In this document: one piece after another, positions 59,457 through 64,000 of the stretch
How positions within the stretch are numbered: the first letter of the stretch is position 1
Layout: each line of letters starts with the position of its first letter
Virus record (IMG/VR): IMGVR_UViG_3300022930_000001
Location: 1 to 64,000 of that record
DNA length: 64,000 nucleotides
Strand: one strand, 5' to 3'
Source of the DNA: a virus
Program-made: the position numbers and the translations under genes
Notes under the pieces: generated by a model
Database searches by the model: none
Told to the model about the DNA's origin: nothing
What the model saw: only the letters and a program-made list of their open reading frames with translations

Positions 59457-59642
59457 TTATTTAATAACTATTATTTGTGATTTCCATAAATAATTATATA
59501 AACTATCTTTTTGTAAACTATCAATGTTGTTTACTTTATAAGATAATATATTAATTGAATGGGATTTTGCTTTAGACGAAGTGATTATGTAAGTAAATAT
59601 TAAACATAATATAACACATACATTAAAAATAGTAACCTTCAT
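59457..59642 (-). CDS. small membrane or secreted protein
   Basis: N-terminal hydrophobic segment. Confidence 0.45.
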   Translation of the reverse strand: MKVTIFNVCVILCLIFTYIITSSKAKSHSINILSYKVNNIDSLQKDSLYNYLWKSQIIVIK

Positions 59643-59653
59643 AATTTATTTTA

Positions 59654-60037
59654 TTATGCAGATATAGATTGTATAATAACTCTATTTAACCCATCGCTTA
59701 TAGTGCCGGGAACAGTAAATACAAAATCCATATCTAAAGTATCTGAAGCATTCATATTTATATTAGATCCTAAAGGATAATTAATACTCGTATCTCCGCC
59801 ATCCATTGATACATCTACAGATCCTTTAATTACAGAAAAACTAATACTTTTATAGGTATTAGCATTTAATGTTAAAGTTTCAGTAGAAACAAGATCATGT
59901 TGTTCTGGAGTATTTGCTACAGTTCCACCTCCACCACTATTTGTATCTACAGCATTGATAAGCATACGTTGAAAACGTAATTGTTTAGCAAGCCATTGGG
60001 ATTCAGGAGTAAGTATATTTGGAGTAGAATATGACAT
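59654..60037 (-). CDS. putative structural protein
   Basis: GGGG linker and beta-rich domain; ATG 60037. Confidence 0.6.
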   Translation of the reverse strand: MSYSTPNILTPESQWLAKQLRFQRMLINAVDTNSGGGGTVANTPEQHDLVSTETLTLNANTYKSISFSVIKGSVDVSMDGGDTSINYPLGSNINMNASDTLDMDFVFTVPGTISDGLNRVIIQSISA

Positions 60038-60137
60038 ATTAAAATATTTGCACAAATATAAATAAAAAACAGCAAATTACCAACAAATAAAGAAATATTT
60101 ATTAATGTATCTAATTATATTTGTTTATAATAGAGCA

Positions 60138-60365
60138 TTAGTTAAAAACTTCATCTGTCAATTCAATTATTTCTATTGATGGAAAATCAACATCGAATTC
60201 GTCTTTAAAATAATCGTAAAGCCATGCTACAGAAACTCTAATTCTAATATTATTTTCATTATAATATGCTCCTGATGTAAATACAACAAAATCATTTATC
60301 GATGATGTTTTATTTGCCATTTTTAAAGCGAAATCTCGATTTATTATTATATATTGTCTTTTCAT
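60138..60365 (-). CDS. hypothetical protein
   Basis: ORF in - strand run. Confidence 0.55.
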   Translation of the reverse strand: MKRQYIIINRDFALKMANKTSSINDFVVFTSGAYYNENNIRIRVSVAWLYDYFKDEFDVDFPSIEIIELTDEVFN

Positions 60366-60368
60366 AAA

Positions 60369-61097
60369 TTACATAAATAAGAAAAAATTACTATTATTAG
60401 TATTTGCAGTTGCTGCGGCCTTAATACTCATTATTACAGTAGTTGCTTTAGTATTACCTCCAAACGTCCATAAAGGATTTGTTGCAGTAGCTGTAGTTTG
60501 AATAATGTATCCTACACCACCACCTAATCGAACATTCGCAACAGCATTTGTAGTAGTACTCGGACTTGTTGTATTATAACCACCAGATATAGTAGGAGCA
60601 ACTGCAGTAGTTTGATAATTTTGACATACCATTGCAATTACAATTTGATTGTTTGTTGTAGGAGTAATACTTCCTGCGGCTAAAGAACCAACAGTAGTTG
60701 CTCCAGTGGTAGTAGCAACAGATAATTGATCTACAAATCCAACCGTATCTACTCCTGAAAGTGCAATTACCACTTGTGTCATTACATCACTTGTCTTAAG
60801 CATTGTAAATGTGTGTGTAGCACTAGTAGTAGGATTTAAACAATAATAAATACCTACTCGTGTTACTGTGCCGTCGTTATCGGCAGGTCTTACTAAAGTC
60901 CATATATTCAAAGAACTATCATAAGGAGGAGAAGAGGTGCTAGGGCCACCTGTAGGAGGTAATACACCAGATGCCTGATTATCACAAATAATACGTATAA
61001 TGCAATTAGCCCCTATTGTACTCATTGCTGTAGTTGTTGTTGATAATCCGGGGCCGGTAGTAGCAGAAAGAACTTTATTTATAACTGTAATTGCCAT
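60369..61097 (-). CDS. tail fibre/receptor-binding-like protein
   Basis: Thr/Ala-rich; C-terminal NFFLFM; follows tail fibre genes. Confidence 0.6.
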   Translation of the reverse strand: MAITVINKVLSATTGPGLSTTTTAMSTIGANCIIRIICDNQASGVLPPTGGPSTSSPPYDSSLNIWTLVRPADNDGTVTRVGIYYCLNPTTSATHTFTMLKTSDVMTQVVIALSGVDTVGFVDQLSVATTTGATTVGSLAAGSITPTTNNQIVIAMVCQNYQTTAVAPTISGGYNTTSPSTTTNAVANVRLGGGVGYIIQTTATATNPLWTFGGNTKATTVIMSIKAAATANTNNSNFFLFM

Positions 61098-61099
61098 AA

Positions 61100-61852
61100 T
61101 TAAAAATTATTTAAAAATGCGAGTAAATACCAATTTGTACCACTATATCTAAGACCTAACCACATTGTCTTGTTTGCAATAGTACTTGTAGGTAATGCTA
61201 AATTAGATGAAACACTAATTCCAGAAAAAGATAGTGCATGTGATCCTGAATCACTTGTAATTTTTATTACTAAATCTTGTCCGTCAGTAGGTGTACCTGT
61301 TATTGAAATTGAATCATTAGTTGCAAGTGCAGTAATATTCCATTGATCAAATAAATTACTATTTATACTTGTAGAAGTATTTGTAGTTTCAGTTCCAATT
61401 CTTTTTGTAATTCTTTTATTTGTTAAAGTATTGGTAGAAGTTGTAGTAATATAACCTGAAAGATCTGGTTTATTTAATATTTGAGATAATCCAGATATAG
61501 AATTCCAGTCAGCATTTACTTGTGTAGGTACTGTTGAACCTGACATTTGATATGTCGTTCCATCATAAATCACAAGATTACCTGCAGAATAATTAACATT
61601 ACCTGCACCTAAATTTTGTATACCTCCTGTAGATACAATATACATATCTCCATTAGTACCAGTACCATTTTGAAGATGTGGAGAACCTCCTGCAGCAACA
61701 GACGCATCCCAAGTACCTTTATATGTTAATACTGATATAGGTATTTGTGCAATAGGTACTTTTGTATTGTTATCTAATGTTGCAACACCATTTGCAACTC
61801 CTTTTTGTGCTAAAGATATACTTGGCACAATATAGATTGATTCTGAACTCAT
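61100..61852 (-). CDS. tail fibre protein
   Basis: KG.ANGVATLD...KVP..Q, YKGTWDA, QVNADWN..ILNKP; C-terminal domain shared with 61863. Confidence 0.75.
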   Translation of the reverse strand: MSSESIYIVPSISLAQKGVANGVATLDNNTKVPIAQIPISVLTYKGTWDASVAAGGSPHLQNGTGTNGDMYIVSTGGIQNLGAGNVNYSAGNLVIYDGTTYQMSGSTVPTQVNADWNSISGLSQILNKPDLSGYITTTSTNTLTNKRITKRIGTETTNTSTSINSNLFDQWNITALATNDSISITGTPTDGQDLVIKITSDSGSHALSFSGISVSSNLALPTSTIANKTMWLGLRYSGTNWYLLAFLNNF

Positions 61853-61862
61853 TTATTTTAGT

Positions 61863-63173
61863 TTAAATATTGTTTAATAATGCTAATAAATCCCATTTAG
61901 TATCTGTTAAATTATATATAAATCCCAGATATAAAGTTTTACTTAAAATAGTAGTAGTAGGTAACGCTAAATCAGTAGAAGCTCGAAATATAGAATTCCA
62001 CGTTAAAGCTCTTGCTGTACCATTATCTTTTATTCTAATAATTAATTTTTGTCCTTGATATAGTGTACCTGTAGGTGCTGCAATTGTTAAACCTGCAGCC
62101 TGTGCTGTTAAAATATAAATATCTGTTATATCTGCATTTATTGTTAAAGTAGCTGTAGAAGTAGTACTAACAACTAATGGTTGATGCCTATCTACATAAT
62201 TTGTAGATGCTATTTTAGAACTATTATCTCCCTGTGAAGGAGGTGATGCTAAAGTAGGACTACCCGTTAAACTTACAGATGCTTTTATAGTAGGATTTGG
62301 ATATGTTCCTGTTAAATCTCCACCTGCAGTTCCTGAAGGTGGTAATGATGTAGGCCCACCTGTAACTAAACTGTAGGGTACTGATCCTGCAATTAATGTT
62401 CCAATAGTAGTTAATGAGGATGTAATTATAGAACTATTTAACGTAGTTCCAGTTAATGTATTTGCAGCAGCGGTAATGGTAATATTATTTGTACCATCAA
62501 AACTAGTACCATTTATTGTTCTTGCTGTTTGTAATTTTGGAGCAGATACAATAGTTATTATAGGTGTTGTAGTACTTGTCGCAATAGTAGCCGTTGTTAC
62601 ATCTGCAGATGTAACAGAAGTTACAGTACCTGTATTAGAAGTATAACCATTTGGGTTACTTGCTAAATAATAAGTACTATTATCGTAACTTATTGTACTA
62701 CCTGTAATTTTTACAAAGCCTGTGCCTGATAATGCATTTTGTTTAGTATTAAATGTATTCCAATCTGTCGAAGTTAAATAACCATTTTGAACAGCATTTG
62801 CAGCTTGAGAACTTATTATTCCTGAACCACTATTAAAAAATATTGGAGATACTGCACTAATTGAAGCCAATGTTGGCCCTGTGTTTGTTATTGTAAAATT
62901 AGGATAAGTTCCTGTTACAGATATTCCTGTTCCATTAGTTATAGATACTATTTGATCAGGTGCGGTATTTATAATTGTACCTACACCAGTAATAGGATTA
63001 GGAGTAGCAGAAAGACCTGTTCCTGCGGTTATCGACAGTACAGTACCCGTACCTACAGGCAGATCTGCAAGTACGAGTTTACGTGCTTCTAATGGCCCAG
63101 AATAACCATCTGGTGTGGCAAAAACTAAATTAGGTTTTGGAGTTGGTGTAAATAAACTAGGATATGTTGTCAT
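61863..63173 (-). CDS. tail fibre protein
   Basis: GTVTSV, GYL.STDWNTFN.KQ, KLQTARTING..FDG, AGGDLTGTYPNP. Confidence 0.8.
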   Translation of the reverse strand: MTTYPSLFTPTPKPNLVFATPDGYSGPLEARKLVLADLPVGTGTVLSITAGTGLSATPNPITGVGTIINTAPDQIVSITNGTGISVTGTYPNFTITNTGPTLASISAVSPIFFNSGSGIISSQAANAVQNGYLTSTDWNTFNTKQNALSGTGFVKITGSTISYDNSTYYLASNPNGYTSNTGTVTSVTSADVTTATIATSTTTPIITIVSAPKLQTARTINGTSFDGTNNITITAAANTLTGTTLNSSIITSSLTTIGTLIAGSVPYSLVTGGPTSLPPSGTAGGDLTGTYPNPTIKASVSLTGSPTLASPPSQGDNSSKIASTNYVDRHQPLVVSTTSTATLTINADITDIYILTAQAAGLTIAAPTGTLYQGQKLIIRIKDNGTARALTWNSIFRASTDLALPTTTILSKTLYLGFIYNLTDTKWDLLALLNNI

Positions 63174-64000
63174 TATCTACCTGCTTTTGAATTAATAACT
63201 ATTCCCATTTCTTGTGCTGCTTCAGGTTCAAATATTGCAATATAATTAAGCATTTCTTTAGTTACAGGAAAAGTTTTCATTATATATTTTACTGGATGTG
63301 TAGAGTCAACTAAATCCTGATCACCAATAGTATATCCAAATATTTCTGTTGCTAAATTTGTAAATATTTTAGTTATATCTGAAAGTACTCCCAGACCCGG
63401 AAATATTCCTCCAGATAATATATGCTGAAGAGACATCGGATTATAATAAAATGACATTTCCTGAGTTATATTATCCATTGTACGTAAATAATAACCATAT
63501 GCTGCCTTAGTTGTTTTATCTTCATCATCTTCTGGTGCAAAATATTTCGCAGCTAAAAACATCGAAATAAGACCTAGAACAAGTAATGTATCCTTTACTT
63601 GTGATCTAAGATTTTGACGAACTAAATCATAAAATTCAGCTTCAGTCATTTCTAACTGTTTATTATTTTTTTCAAAATAATCTTTTTTCTTTTGTTCATA
63701 TAGTTTTTGCAATCCATTAATACCATCTTTAGTAGCATAAACAGTATCATATATTTTCTTTATATTGGGTAATAAATTCCAAGAAAAATATCGAATTGCC
63801 ATACGCATTTTACCCCATTCATAAGAATCAGTTCCTGCTATATAACTTAATGGTTGTGCTCTTTGATAAATAAGATTAGGAACCCAGTTTTTAAACATCA
63901 TAAAAGATCTACCTAGAATAGTAAAACGTATTTGACTTTCATCGTTAGGTGATATATTGCCCGCTGCACGTTTACCTATTTGTTGAACTAATGAACGATA
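63173..64000 (-). CDS. C-terminus of a large virion-associated protein (5'-partial)
   Basis: Frame stays open to the window edge (YRSLVQQIGKRAAGN...ILGRSFMMFKNWVP); hydrophobic segment near the C-terminus. Confidence 0.6.
   Translation of the reverse strand, partial: YRSLVQQIGKRAAGNISPNDESQIRFTILGRSFMMFKNWVPNLIYQRAQPLSYIAGTDSYEWGKMRMAIRYFSWNLLPNIKKIYDTVYATKDGINGLQKLYEQKKKDYFEKNNKQLEMTEAEFYDLVRQNLRSQVKDTLLVLGLISMFLAAKYFAPEDDEDKTTKAAYGYYLRTMDNITQEMSFYYNPMSLQHILSGGIFPGLGVLSDITKIFTNLATEIFGYTIGDQDLVDSTHPVKYIMKTFPVTKEMLNYIAIFEPEAAQEMGIVINSKAGR

Noticed and set aside
58896-62058. + strand ORFs 58896 and 61870
   Set aside because: Antisense shadows within the - strand structural block.
1-64000. Stop-codon reassignment as in some crAss-like phages
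   Set aside because: Conserved genes are full length in the standard code, the breaks are explained by introns, and no suppressor tRNA was seen.
1-64000. CRISPR array, DGR, retron or integrase
   Set aside because: No regularly spaced repeats, reverse transcriptase motifs or recombinase motifs were seen.

Overview
An AT-rich 64-kb segment of a tailed dsDNA phage, probably infecting Bacteroidota. Evidence for the host is the TTTG-N20-TAnnTTTG promoters and A-rich leaders without Shine-Dalgarno sites; the layout is crAss-like by inference. The + strand carries an early region of small ORFs mixed with structured RNAs: two tRNA-Leu(UAA), a tmRNA and several stem-closed RNA elements. A replication and nucleotide block follows, with PolA split by a group I intron, DnaB, DnaG, a Sak4-like ATPase, an SSB-like protein, RecA, NrdJ, dUTPase, ThyX and a degenerate UDG. 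There is also a phiEco32-like amidoligase/ATP-grasp/GATase cluster split by a second group I intron. Lysis, tail and virion genes converge from the - strand. The standout is a ~185-nt non-coding element just upstream of tmRNA. It rebuilds the 23S rRNA GTPase-associated centre (uL11-binding H42-H44) with compensatory base pairs and two structured insertions. Together with an RMF-like peptide, a GGQ mini release-factor domain and a tRNA-like element, it suggests a phage ribosome-manipulation toolkit. All calls come from motif recognition by eye; no searches were run.
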